Positions 17,525-26,929 of a stretch of DNA of 64,000 bases are shown here, piece after piece. How positions within the stretch are numbered: position 1 is the stretch's first letter; each line of letters begins with the position of its first letter. A model generated the notes under the pieces. It was not told the origin of the DNA and made no database searches. It saw only the letters and a list, made by a program, of their open reading frames with translations. This DNA is from Myxococcota bacterium (GTDB taxonomy: Bacteria; Myxococcota_A; UBA9160; SZUA-336), in the NCBI GenBank assembly GCA_046754285.1, contig JBHHVJ010000001.1, forward strand, positions 5,056 to 69,055, read 5' to 3'. The position numbers and the translations under genes were made by a program.

Positions 17525-19735
17525 TTGTCGAGCCTGGAACCCATCCTCAGCGGACTGAATCCCGCACAGCGCAAAGCCGTCGAGCACGGTGACGGGCCGG
17601 TACTCGTGCTCGCCGGGGCCGGCAGCGGCAAGACCCGGGCGCTCACGCATCGCATCGCGCATCTGATCGCGAGCGGGCGCGCACGTCCCTGGCAGATCCT
17701 CGCGGTGACGTTCACCAACAAGGCGGCGGCCGAGATGCGAGAGCGCGTCGAGAGCCTCTGCGCCGCCACGTCCGATGGGGTCTGGGTGGCCACCTTCCAC
17801 TCCACCTGCGCGCGCATTCTGCGGCGCGAAATCGAGCACATCGGCTACGAGCGCAGCTTCGCGATCTACGACGACACCGACGCCCTCGCCCTCATCAAGC
17901 GCATCCTACGACTCTTGAACGTCGACGATCGCGCCTATCCACCGCGCTCCGTGCGCGCGCGGATCGACCGCTTCAAGTGCCGTGGGCTGCTCCCCGCGGA
18001 TATCCGGGACCGGGATACGCTCGACTCGGATCGCCTGGCCGAGATCTACCAGCGCTACCAGACCGAGCTTCGGCGGGCCAACGCGCTGGACTTCGGCGAT
18101 CTGATTCTGCTCACGCTGAGGCTATTCCAGAACCACCCGAGTGTGCTGGCCGCGTATCAGGAGCGCTGGCGCTACATCCTGGTGGACGAGTATCAGGACA
18201 CGAACCCCGTGCAGTACCGCCTGCTGCGCGTCCTTGCCGAGCCGCGCCGAAACCTCTGCGTCGTGGGCGATGAGGACCAGTCGATCTATCGCTTCCGCGA
18301 GGCGGACATCCGAAACATCCTGGACTTCGAGAAGGACTTTCCGGGTGCACGCGTGATCCGTCTGGAACGGAACTACCGATCGACCCAGCAGATCCTCGAC
18401 GCCGCCACGGCGGTCGTGTCGAACAACGTGGAGCGAAAGGGCAAGAGCCTGTACACGGAGCGGGAGGGCGGAGAGCCGATTCGCTTCTTCGAGGCCGCAA
18501 ACGAGCGGGCCGAGGCGGCCTACGTGATCGGGGAGCTGCTGCGCCTGCACGAAGCCGGGCTGCCCCTGTCGGATGCCGCGATCTTCTACCGCACCCACGC
18601 CCAGTCGCGCGTGCTCGAGGAGGAGCTGCTCAAGTACGACTGTCCCTACGCGGTCCTCGGTGGCCTGCGCTTCTACGACCGGGCCGAGGTCAAGGACGCG
18701 CTGGCCTATCTGCGCGTGCTGCGAAACCTCGACGACACGGAGAGCCTCCTGCGCATCCTCAATCGGCCCGCGCGCGGGATCGGCCGCACGACCGTCGACC
18801 GGCTGCTCGCGCTGGCGGAGCAGGACGGAGGCACCCTGCACGCGGCGATCGTACGGGCGACGCAGGAGGCCCGGCTGGGGTCGGCGGCGCTGCGGCGCCT
18901 GCGAGCCTTCTTGGAGCTGCTGGGCAAGCTCCGCAGCGAGCTCTGCAGAGAGCCGATCCCCGTGCTGCTCATGCACGTGCTCGCCGAGAGCGGTTACCTG
19001 GCCGCGCTCGAGGAGGAGGGAAGCGTCGAGGCCGAGGCACGTCTCGAGAACCTGCGAGAGCTCGTGTCGGCGGCGGAGGAGTTCGAGCGCGCCAACCGGG
19101 GCGAGACCATCGATGGCTCCGCGGAGCCCGACGATCTCGCACCGCTCGATCTCTTCCTGGAGGGGGTGACCCTGATGACCTCCGCCGATGCCCTGGGCGC
19201 TGACGGCGACAGGCTCACGCTCATGACGGTGCACGTCGCCAAGGGGCTGGAGTTTCCGGTGGTCTTCATGGTCGGGCTCGAGGAGGGACTTTTTCCCCAC
19301 TTCGCCTCACTCGCCGACCCCAGCGCATTGGAGGAGGAACGCCGCATCTGCTACGTGGGCATGACGCGCGCCCGGGACCGACTCTACCTCACCAACGCGA
19401 CACAGCGAAGGGTCAGCGGGATGCTGCGGCAGAACCCGCCGAGCCGCTTCCTCGACGAGATTCCACGCGAGCTGATCCTGGGCGGCGCACGTACGGCGTG
19501 GCTCGCCAGGCCGGTCCCCGACCGACCCGATCTGGACTTCAACGAAGGGCAGTGGACCGCAGACGAGCTTCCGCCGCTCCAGGCGGGGACACGGATCGAG
19601 CACCCGGTCTTCGGAGCGGGTACCCTCATCGAGCTCACCGGCGAGGGCCGCAGCACCAAGATCCGTGTGCAGTTCGACTCCGCGGGAATCAAGACGATCG
19701 TGCTCCGCTATGCCCAGCTCCGCCTGATCCCCTAG
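17525..19735 (+). CDS. ATP-dependent DNA helicase, UvrD/PcrA family
   Basis: 'LNPAQRKAVEH..GPVLVLAGAGSGKTRAL', 'ILVDEYQDTN', 'NYRST' and 'LMTVHVAKGLEF', plus a C-terminal Tudor-like tail. Confidence 0.9.
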   Translation: MSSLEPILSGLNPAQRKAVEHGDGPVLVLAGAGSGKTRALTHRIAHLIASGRARPWQILAVTFTNKAAAEMRERVESLCAATSDGVWVATFHSTCARILRREIEHIGYERSFAIYDDTDALALIKRILRLLNVDDRAYPPRSVRARIDRFKCRGLLPADIRDRDTLDSDRLAEIYQRYQTELRRANALDFGDLILLTLRLFQNHPSVLAAYQERWRYILVDEYQDTNPVQYRLLRVLAEPRRNLCVVGDEDQSIYRFREADIRNILDFEKDFPGARVIRLERNYRSTQQILDAATAVVSNNVERKGKSLYTEREGGEPIRFFEAANERAEAAYVIGELLRLHEAGLPLSDAAIFYRTHAQSRVLEEELLKYDCPYAVLGGLRFYDRAEVKDALAYLRVLRNLDDTESLLRILNRPARGIGRTTVDRLLALAEQDGGTLHAAIVRATQEARLGSAALRRLRAFLELLGKLRSELCREPIPVLLMHVLAESGYLAALEEEGSVEAEARLENLRELVSAAEEFERANRGETIDGSAEPDDLAPLDLFLEGVTLMTSADALGADGDRLTLMTVHVAKGLEFPVVFMVGLEEGLFPHFASLADPSALEEERRICYVGMTRARDRLYLTNATQRRVSGMLRQNPPSRFLDEIPRELILGGARTAWLARPVPDRPDLDFNEGQWTADELPPLQAGTRIEHPVFGAGTLIELTGEGRSTKIRVQFDSAGIKTIVLRYAQLRLIP

Positions 19736-19757
19736 GAAGCCCCCCGAGGAGAAAAAC

Positions 19758-20345
19758 GTGTTCGTGCTCGACGAGGCCAGGCGTGGAGATCTCCGTACGC
19801 GGCGGCTGCGGCTTCGTGCACCGCGGCGCTCGGACCTCCTATCGCTCCACGAGGCGATCGCGGAGACACTGCCGGAGCTGATCCGCTGGCTCCCCTGGGC
19901 TCACCCCGGACACGACCTCCAGGATACGCGGCGCTATCTGCGTGGGGCACGGCTGGCCCGCGCCCGCCGACAGAGCTTCGAGCTCGTGATCGAAGGCCTC
20001 AGCGATGGCGCGCTGCACGGCATCGTCAGCCTGCATCGCATCGACTGGCTGCGTCGCTCCGCGGGCCTTGGCTACTGGGTTCGCCGCGCGAGCTGGGGCA
20101 AGGGCATCGCCACCGAGGCGGGCCTGCGCCTGATCGAGCACGCCTTCGGCGACCTGATGCTGCACCGCCTCGAGGCCCACGTGGCTCCCGCGAACGGCGC
20201 CAGCGTGCGCGTCGTAGAGAAGCTCGGGTTCCAGAGCGAAGGCCTGGCGCGCGGCGTGGAGCTGATCGCCGGCGCCTTTCAGGATCACCTCCAGTACAGC
20301 CTGCTGAGCACCGACGTGCGCGCGATCGGAGCGCCGTGCCCATGA
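19758..20345 (+). CDS. GNAT N-acetyltransferase (RimJ/RimL-like)
   Basis: 'LGYWVRRASWGKGIATEAGLRLIEHAF' is an acetyl-CoA-binding motif A-like segment. Confidence 0.75.
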   Translation: MFVLDEARRGDLRTRRLRLRAPRRSDLLSLHEAIAETLPELIRWLPWAHPGHDLQDTRRYLRGARLARARRQSFELVIEGLSDGALHGIVSLHRIDWLRRSAGLGYWVRRASWGKGIATEAGLRLIEHAFGDLMLHRLEAHVAPANGASVRVVEKLGFQSEGLARGVELIAGAFQDHLQYSLLSTDVRAIGAPCP

Positions 20346-21064
20346 GCCTTCGCTACGCGCTGGTGAGCGACACGGGACGTGAGCGGGAGTGCAACGAGGA
20401 CGCCGCCTGCGCCGTGGAAGAGATCGGTCTCTTCGTGGTGGCCGATGGGATGGGTGGGCACGTCGCCGGAGAGGTGGCGAGCCGCGTGGCGATCGAGTCC
20501 TTCGTGGCCTTCGTCAAGGAGCACGGCAGCATGGGCGAGGCCCCCGAGGAGGCGCGCCTGCTCTCCGAGGCGCTGCTCGAGGCCAACAGCGCCGTGCAGC
20601 ACGAAGCTGCGAGTCACCAGCTCTATGGCATGGGCACGACGCTCACCGCGGCCCAGCTGCGCGGTCACCACGCGACGATCTGCCACGTGGGGGACTCCCG
20701 TGCCTACCTGCTCCATCGAGGAGCTCTCGAGATCCTGACCCAGGACCACACGATCGTCGGTCTGATGGTCGAGGAGGGCGTGATCAGCGCTGACGCGGCC
20801 CGCGACCACCCGGAGCGCCACATGCTCACGCAGGCGATCGGTACGCAGGAGCTCGTCGAGCCCTGCGTCCGACAGCTCGAGCTACCGCGCGGCTCCCGCC
20901 TGCTGCTCTCCACGGATGGTCTTCACGACGTCGTCAGCAACGCCGAGATCCTCGAGCTCGGAGCCGGCGAGGATCTCGATGCGGCGGCGCGCTCGCTGGT
21001 CGCGCGCGCCAACACGCACGGCGGCCCGGACAACATCACGCTGATCCTGATCGAGATCGACTGA
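20336..21064 (+). CDS. PP2C-family Ser/Thr protein phosphatase
   Basis: 'SDTGRERECNEDA', 'VVADGMGGHVAGEVAS', 'LLLSTDGLHD' and 'GGPDNITLILIEI'. Confidence 0.85.
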   Translation: MPMSLRYALVSDTGRERECNEDAACAVEEIGLFVVADGMGGHVAGEVASRVAIESFVAFVKEHGSMGEAPEEARLLSEALLEANSAVQHEAASHQLYGMGTTLTAAQLRGHHATICHVGDSRAYLLHRGALEILTQDHTIVGLMVEEGVISADAARDHPERHMLTQAIGTQELVEPCVRQLELPRGSRLLLSTDGLHDVVSNAEILELGAGEDLDAAARSLVARANTHGGPDNITLILIEID

Positions 21065-21106
21065 GGCGGGCCGGAGGCACCGCCTCGGACGGGCGGTGCG
21101 TCGCGC

Positions 21107-21916
21107 TCAGCCCACGAGCTCGGTCGGCTTCTCCAGGAGCTGGCGAAGTCGCTCCAGGCTCCGGGCACAGTAGAGGCCGTCCTCGATCCGCTCATCGAAG
21201 CTGTACTTGAGCAGCGCGCGTCGGCGGCCGTCGGCGCCTTCCCGGATACGACCGACGACACAGAAGATCGGAATCGTGCCGTACTCCCAGAGGTGGTGGT
21301 AGCCCGCATCCAGGCCCACCGAGCCGAGGTTCGCGATGAAGGCCGAGGCGAACATGGGATCGCTGCGGATCATCGCCGCGGGCAGCAGCCCGAGCGCGTC
21401 AAAGGCGCGCGCGGCGGCCAGCGCGAGACGAACCAGCAGCGGAGGTAGACGGAGAAGCCACGCGACCTCCCGATCGCTGGTGTCCGGGCGGTCACTGCGC
21501 CGGTCTTCGAGCGCGCCGTGGATGCGCGCCAGCATCTCGTCGAGCGGAGCCCGGGGGTCGAGCTCGAGCTTGACCGTGACGATCGGCGCCGACTCCTCGA
21601 GCCGCTTCTTGGCGCTGAACGTGAGCCAGATGCCGCGACGCTGCCAGACCCGGCCTCCGGCCACGAAGCGATTGAGACGGGGACGCTCGTCGAGCACCCG
21701 GGCGATCGCCCGGAGAACCAGGTGAAAGAAGGTCAGCTTCGGCCCGTCTGGGCGCTCACGGTTCCAGGCCTCGACGAGCTCGAGGGCCGGCTCGACATCG
21801 ATCTCCTGAGACAGGTAGACGGCGGAGTCGTTGCGTCCCGGCGAGATGAACGGCATGAAGCGGCGGATCGGCGGCAGGTCGCGCACGAGGGTCCCGTCCG
21901 GACGGCGTCCGAACAT
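21107..21916 (-). CDS. stand-alone 2-oxoacid dehydrogenase acyltransferase (E2) catalytic-domain-like protein
   Basis: CAT-like fold signature near the C-terminus, 'DAGYHHLWEYG', in place of the canonical 'DHRxxDG'. No lipoyl or subunit-binding domain. Confidence 0.6.
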   Translation of the reverse strand: MFGRRPDGTLVRDLPPIRRFMPFISPGRNDSAVYLSQEIDVEPALELVEAWNRERPDGPKLTFFHLVLRAIARVLDERPRLNRFVAGGRVWQRRGIWLTFSAKKRLEESAPIVTVKLELDPRAPLDEMLARIHGALEDRRSDRPDTSDREVAWLLRLPPLLVRLALAAARAFDALGLLPAAMIRSDPMFASAFIANLGSVGLDAGYHHLWEYGTIPIFCVVGRIREGADGRRRALLKYSFDERIEDGLYCARSLERLRQLLEKPTELVG

Positions 21917-21922
21917 CCCGGC

Positions 21923-22450
21923 TCAGTCCAGACCCTCGATCACGGCGAGATGATCGAGCTCCCGATAATGTCCCTCCAGATCCATCCCGAAGCCGACGAC
22001 CCAGCCCTTCTCGACCTCGAAGACCGAGTAGGCGATCTCCAGATCGACCCGCCGCCGACCGTGCTTGCTCACCAGCACGGCGATGCGCACGCTGCCCGGC
22101 CCGCCGGCTCGGACCTGGGCCAGAATCGCCGCGAGCGTGCGCCCTTCATCCGCGATGTCGTCGAGCAAGAGAACGTCACGAGCGTGAAAGAGAGCGGGGT
22201 CCATCGGCTCGAGCTTGATGGGCAGCAGGCTCGAGCCGTGCGTGCGGTGGGCTCTGACGAAGACACGCTCGGTCTGCATGCCGAGCCCGTTCAAGCGTTC
22301 CAGCAGCTTCTCGGCGAAGACGCGCGCCCCCTCCTCGATGATGACGCAGACGATAGGACGGCCACGGTAGTCCCCGAAGATGCGTTCCGCGAGGCGATCG
22401 ATCCGTTCCGCAACCTCCCGCGACGAATGGAGCTCCCGGAGGGGGTGCAT
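21923..22450 (-). CDS. hpt: hypoxanthine phosphoribosyltransferase
   Basis: PRPP-binding loop 'VLLLDDIADEGRTL'. Size and N-terminus fit Hpt. Confidence 0.85.
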   Translation of the reverse strand: MHPLRELHSSREVAERIDRLAERIFGDYRGRPIVCVIIEEGARVFAEKLLERLNGLGMQTERVFVRAHRTHGSSLLPIKLEPMDPALFHARDVLLLDDIADEGRTLAAILAQVRAGGPGSVRIAVLVSKHGRRRVDLEIAYSVFEVEKGWVVGFGMDLEGHYRELDHLAVIEGLD

Positions 22451-22537
22451 GGGCGCATGCTACGGCATCGGCCCGGCGCTTCCAAGCCGGCCGTCGCGTT
22501 GCGGCGTGACCCCGGGCGGGAGTAGGATCTCGCCCTC

Positions 22538-23347
22538 ATGCCCAGCCCACCCGTTCCGGCCGCGACGCTGATCCTGCTCCAGGACGGGCCCGTCTCGCCG
22601 CGCGTGCTCCTGCTGCAACGGGACGCACGGAGCGATCTGCTCCCCGACGCCTACGTGTTTCCGGGCGGGCGCGTGGAGGAGGACGACGCTCGCCTGGCTC
22701 CGGAGCTCGAGCTGGAGGAGCGCGGCCTCTCCGGTCTGACCCCACGAGCGCTCGGAGGCCTCATGGTCGCCGCGATCCGCGAGACCTTCGAGGAGGCCGG
22801 GCTGCTGCTGGTGCGCCACCGGGGGCAGACGTCCCTGCTCACCGCAGACGACCTCGCGGCCCTACACGAGGACCGCCGGGCCCTCCAGAGCGGGCGTCTC
22901 CGCTTTGCGGAGCTGATCGCGCGCAAGGAGCTCGAGCTCGCCTTCGACACGCTCGTGCCGCACGCGCGCTGGATCACACCGGAGATCGTGCCGCGGCGCT
23001 TCGATACGTTCTTCTTCGCTGCCCGCGCACCCCGCAAACAAGTGGCCCTGCACGACGGTGTCGAGGCCTCGTCCCATGTCTGGATCCGCCCCGAAGATGC
23101 GCTGGCGGAGCGCGAGAGAGGCGAGCGGGCGATGATCTTTCCGACCGCCTGCAACCTGGAGTCGCTCGTGGGCTTCGACGACGTCGAGGAGGCTCTCGCG
23201 GCGTCGCGGAGGCGTCCACTCAGTACGATTCTGCCCGTGCTCGAGCTGCGGGACGGCCGGCGCTGCATGGTGATCCCCCGCGATGCCGGCTACTCGAGAA
23301 CCACGGAGCCGGTTGAAGCGCTCCCCCGGGGCCATCTCGAGACCTGA
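22538..23347 (+). CDS. NUDIX hydrolase
   Basis: 'FPGGRVEEDD...(28 residues)...IRETFEEAGLLL' is a Nudix-box-like segment. Confidence 0.7.
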   Translation: MPSPPVPAATLILLQDGPVSPRVLLLQRDARSDLLPDAYVFPGGRVEEDDARLAPELELEERGLSGLTPRALGGLMVAAIRETFEEAGLLLVRHRGQTSLLTADDLAALHEDRRALQSGRLRFAELIARKELELAFDTLVPHARWITPEIVPRRFDTFFFAARAPRKQVALHDGVEASSHVWIRPEDALAERERGERAMIFPTACNLESLVGFDDVEEALAASRRRPLSTILPVLELRDGRRCMVIPRDAGYSRTTEPVEALPRGHLET

Positions 23348-23362
23348 TAGACTCTACGGGCC

Positions 23363-24361
23363 ATGCACGAGATCGTCGTATTAGGGGGGTACGGACGGGT
23401 CGGACAGCTCTGTGTCGCGGAGCTCGTGAAGAGCACGCGCGCGCGCATCGTGGTGGCCGGGCGCAGCATTCAGCGAGCCGAGGACGTGGCCGCCGCCCAT
23501 GGAGGACGTGCAAGGGCGGCGTACGTGAATGCGGAGGACCGCCGAACCCTCCAGCGTGCGCTGCCCGGTTCGGCCCTCGTGGTGTTCTGCGCCGGCGCCG
23601 ATCTGCTCGACTCTCTCGTCCAAGCCATCGACGCCTGCGTGCCGTTCATCTCACTCACGCCCTCCACGCTGGAGCCGAGAGCGGCGTACGAGCTCCAGCG
23701 ACGCGCCTGGACGGCACAGGTTCCGGTGGTCCTGGAAGCCGGCGCGGTTCCGGGGCTGCCCGGCGTGCTCGCCGAGCTCCTGGTCCGCTCCTTTCCGGCG
23801 CTCCACGAGATCCGCATCGCGTGCACCGGCCCCTGGCTGGGCAGCGGGGCGGCTCTCGGGAGCCAGCGGGTGCGAGCGGACACCGGTCGGGGCGACGGAT
23901 GGCTCCGGCGACCCGTGCGCTGGCGCTTCTCCCCACGCATCGGGAGCCGCTGGCTCCGGCCCTCCAGCTCTGGGGATCTGGCGGGCTTCGTCGAGTCGCA
24001 CTGTGTGGAGCGCCTCGTCTACCTGGAGCCGGAGAGCGGACCGCTGCGGCGTTTGGCCAAGCGCGGCCCGCGAACGCGAGACGGTGGCTTTGCGCTGGCC
24101 GCCGCCGCAACGGTCGAGCGGGGCACGCAGCTGCTCGAGGATCTGGTCACGCTCGAGGCCGTGGATCCGCTCGAGGCGGCGGCGGCGAGCCTGGGAACCC
24201 TGGCCGGACGCGTCTTGCGCGGCCGCATGCCTGGCGGGTTCTTCGTACCGCGGGAGGCCCTCGATCCGCTCAGCTACCTCGGCCAGCTCGAGAAGCGAGG
24301 GGTGCGGGTGTCGACGAGCCTGCCGATGGTCCCGGCCTCCGCGGCCGAATCGCTCGCTTAG
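23363..24361 (+). CDS. saccharopine dehydrogenase-like NAD(P)-binding protein
   Basis: 'IVVLGGYGRVGQL' Rossmann loop at the N-terminus. Overall resemblance to Sacchrp_dh_NADP proteins. Confidence 0.65.
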   Translation: MHEIVVLGGYGRVGQLCVAELVKSTRARIVVAGRSIQRAEDVAAAHGGRARAAYVNAEDRRTLQRALPGSALVVFCAGADLLDSLVQAIDACVPFISLTPSTLEPRAAYELQRRAWTAQVPVVLEAGAVPGLPGVLAELLVRSFPALHEIRIACTGPWLGSGAALGSQRVRADTGRGDGWLRRPVRWRFSPRIGSRWLRPSSSGDLAGFVESHCVERLVYLEPESGPLRRLAKRGPRTRDGGFALAAAATVERGTQLLEDLVTLEAVDPLEAAAASLGTLAGRVLRGRMPGGFFVPREALDPLSYLGQLEKRGVRVSTSLPMVPASAAESLA

Positions 24362-25122
24362 TGGGCGATCTGGCTGAGTTTCCGTTTGGGCTGCGGACCT
24401 TTCTGCGGGCCTACCGCTGGCGCCGAGTCGATCCCATCCCCTGGGTTGATCCCAAGCGGCCGCTCGCCCAGTCACGTGTGGCCCTCGTCTCGACCGCCGG
24501 ATTCGTGCTCGACGGCCAGCTCCCGTTTGATTCATCGATCCGCGGCGGAGACCTCAGCTTTCGCGAGATCCCGGGCGACGCCGACGTGGCACAGCTCGTC
24601 GACACCCACCGCAGCGAGTCCTTCGATCACACGGGCATGACGCAGGACCCCAACCTCGCCTTCCCCATCGATCGCATTCGGGAGCTCGCCGCAAGGGGTC
24701 GCATCGGCGAGCCGGCGCCCCGACATCTCTCGTTCATGGGATCGATTCTCGCTCCCGGTCGGCTCGTACGGGACACGGCGCCGGAGGCCGCCAGACGGCT
24801 GCGCGAGGACGGGGTGGACGCCGCACTGCTCGTTCCCGTCTGACCGATGTGCAATCAGGCCGTGTGCCTGATCGCGGCCGAGCTGGAGCGGCAAGGGATC
24901 GCCACCGTCGCGATCGTGCTGCTGCGGCGGGTCGCCGAGCGCGTGCGTCCGCCCCGGGCCCTGGCGGTGCCTTTTCGGCACGGCTACCCGCTGGACGCAC
25001 CCGGCGAGCCCGAGCGGCAGCTCGCCGTCGTCGAGGCCACGCTCGCGCTGCTCGAGGACCCCTCGCTCAGGCCCCCGGTGCTCGTCGATCTTCCCGAGCG
25101 CACGGCACCCTCGGCGCTCTGA
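24361..25122 (+). CDS. GrdB/PrdB-family (glycine/sarcosine/betaine/D-proline reductase selenoprotein B-like) protein with in-frame TGA (Sec) at 24841-24843
   Basis: ORFs 23821..24843 and 24847..25122 share one frame and are separated only by TGA. The junction reads '[28 protein letters not shown]', a U-x-x-C motif at the family position. GTG 24361 overlaps the upstream TAG. A SECIS-like hairpin follows the TGA. Confidence 0.7.
24851..24875 (+). promoter_or_regulatory. SECIS-like stem-loop downstream of UGA
   Basis: Perfect stem ATCAGGC (24854-24860) / GCCTGAT (24866-24872) with loop CGTGT. The stem can be extended after one mismatch (c52-g74, g51-c75, plus u50-g76 wobble just outside these coordinates). 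The loop begins 17 nt after the UGA. Confidence 0.55.
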
Positions 25123-25142
25123 GGGCCGAGGGTCGGGGCCGC

Positions 25143-26030
25143 TCAGCCCGCGCGCAGAAGATCGCGCAGGGCGCGCATCCCGATCGTGTGGACTCCCGGC
25201 TCCTGGAGAACCGCGGCCATCTGGCCGTCGGAGTAGATGCGGTGCTCCTCGTCGCGCTGGCGCCAGTCGACCGTCACGGACTCGAGCTCGGAACCGCCCT
25301 CGGCGCAGTGCGTGATCAGGTACGAGAGGCCGGGGCCCAGCCCCGCGACCCGTTCGCGATTGTGCTGGAGCCCGTGACCGGGCTCGAAGTGCAACGAGTT
25401 CTGATCGAAGTGGTCGAAGAGGGGGAAGCCCTCCGCCTCGACCTCCTCGATCAGCTCCAGATAGGGCGCGAGCCGGTCGGCCAGCCCGCGGGCCCTCAGA
25501 ACTTCCACGTCGAGCCGCGGAATGAACAACGGCACGCGCAGCTCGCGTCCGAGCCTCACGTAGCTCTGCACGAACGCGAGGTCGAACACCGTTCCCATGT
25601 GGGCATCGAGATGGGTCACGTCGATTCCCGCCGCGAGGGCGCGCTCGACCTGCGCGCGAAGCTCGCGCTCGACCTCGTCGGGGCGGGCGTGAGCGACCAC
25701 CTCGGCCGTGCTGCGCCACATCCCCCCATCGGGTGAGACCAGCGAGGGCACGTCGTCCAGCACCGGGCCCCAGCGCAGTACCTCGTGCTCAGCGTTGAGC
25801 GTCAGATGGACGCCGAGGTCGAGCTCGGGTCGTGCGCGTGCGAGCTCTGCGACCTCCTCGAAGGCCGGACAGGGAACCATGACGCTCGCGGAGGTTGCCG
25901 CACCCCCGAGTGCGCGCAGGGCACCCCGGTTGGCCGCCGAGCACAGACCCATGTCGTCCACGTGGACGACGATCACACGATCGCCCCGTGCGAAGCCGAG
26001 CCGTTCGATCAGCGAGGCGTCCGATGTCAT
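25143..26030 (-). CDS. ChbG/HpnK (YdjC) family carbohydrate deacetylase
   Basis: 'VIVVHVDDMGLCSAANRG', 'LGVHLTL' and 'THLDAHMG' are YdjC-family motifs. Confidence 0.8.
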   Translation of the reverse strand: MTSDASLIERLGFARGDRVIVVHVDDMGLCSAANRGALRALGGAATSASVMVPCPAFEEVAELARARPELDLGVHLTLNAEHEVLRWGPVLDDVPSLVSPDGGMWRSTAEVVAHARPDEVERELRAQVERALAAGIDVTHLDAHMGTVFDLAFVQSYVRLGRELRVPLFIPRLDVEVLRARGLADRLAPYLELIEEVEAEGFPLFDHFDQNSLHFEPGHGLQHNRERVAGLGPGLSYLITHCAEGGSELESVTVDWRQRDEEHRIYSDGQMAAVLQEPGVHTIGMRALRDLLRAG

Positions 26031-26929
26031 GCTACCCCCCGATGGATCCGCCGCGGGAGATCCTCGTGCGTCGTGAGGACGCTGGCAAGCGTCTCGACCG
26101 CTTCCTGGCGGCCTCGCTCGGGCTCACGCGCGGCTACGTCCGGCGACTTCTCGCCCGGGGCCGCGTGCGCGTGGAGGGTCGGCCGACCCTCAAGGGGCTG
26201 GTTCTGCGTGCGGGGGACCGCATCGAGCTGCTCGAGTTCCGGCACCCCGACCAGGGTCTGCGGCCTGAGCCCACGATCGAGATCCCCGTGCTCGCCGAGG
26301 CGCCGGGCTGCCTCGCGGTCGACAAGCCCGCGGGCCTCCCGACGCATCCGCTCGACTTCGAGGAGCGGGCCACGGTCCTCAACGCCCTGCTCGCGCGGCA
26401 TCCACAGCTCTGGGGGGTGGGTGAGGGCGGTGTACGCTCGGGGGTGGTCCACCGGCTGGACACGGCCACCTCCGGGGTCCTGGTCTTCGCGACGCGTCAG
26501 AACGTCTGGAACGAGCTGCGAAGCGCCTTCCGCGAGCGACGCGTGACCAAGCGCTATCTCGCTCGCGTGCACGGCTGGCTGGACGAAGAGCGTGATCTCG
26601 TCCTGCGGCTCGTGCACAGGGGGAATCACATGCGGGTGGTCCGCAGCGGCGGACTCGAGGCCGTCAGCCGGCTCCGGCCGCTGGACCGGATTGGCGACAC
26701 GACTCTCCTCGAGGTCACTCTCGTGACGGGCGTCCGACACCAGATCCGGGCGGGGCTCGCGCAGCTGGGTCATCCCGTTCTGGGCGATCGACTCTACGGC
26801 TCCCCGCTCGCCCTGGAGCGCCACCTCCTGCACGCAACCTCGCTGCGGGCTCCGGACCTCGCCGCGGACTCCCCGGCGCCCGACCTCTTCTGGGCCCCGC
26901 AGCCCGGAGAGGGGGCACGCAGCCTGTAA
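26024..26929 (+). CDS. RluA-family 23S rRNA pseudouridine synthase (RluD-like, with S4 domain)
   Basis: S4-like 'RLDRFLAASLGLTRGYVRRLLARGRVRVEG'. Catalytic 'HRLDTATSGVLVFA'. 'HQIRAGLAQLGHPVLGD'. Start is ATG 26024 or 26042. Confidence 0.85.
   Translation: MSCYPPMDPPREILVRREDAGKRLDRFLAASLGLTRGYVRRLLARGRVRVEGRPTLKGLVLRAGDRIELLEFRHPDQGLRPEPTIEIPVLAEAPGCLAVDKPAGLPTHPLDFEERATVLNALLARHPQLWGVGEGGVRSGVVHRLDTATSGVLVFATRQNVWNELRSAFRERRVTKRYLARVHGWLDEERDLVLRLVHRGNHMRVVRSGGLEAVSRLRPLDRIGDTTLLEVTLVTGVRHQIRAGLAQLGHPVLGDRLYGSPLALERHLLHATSLRAPDLAADSPAPDLFWAPQPGEGARSL

Noticed and set aside
15547-17841. A 764-aa minus-strand ORF, and similar giants: 41889..44039 (716 aa), 2288..3595, 12979..14391, 54134..56074, 44713..46287, 32977..34587 and 24532..25719.
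   Set aside because: All are antisense or out of frame relative to genes with clear family signatures (glmS, DSD1 and the hydrolase, GT4, GT2 and glmU, acs, and others). Their translations are low-complexity R/A/G/P-rich. I treated them as GC-driven artefacts.
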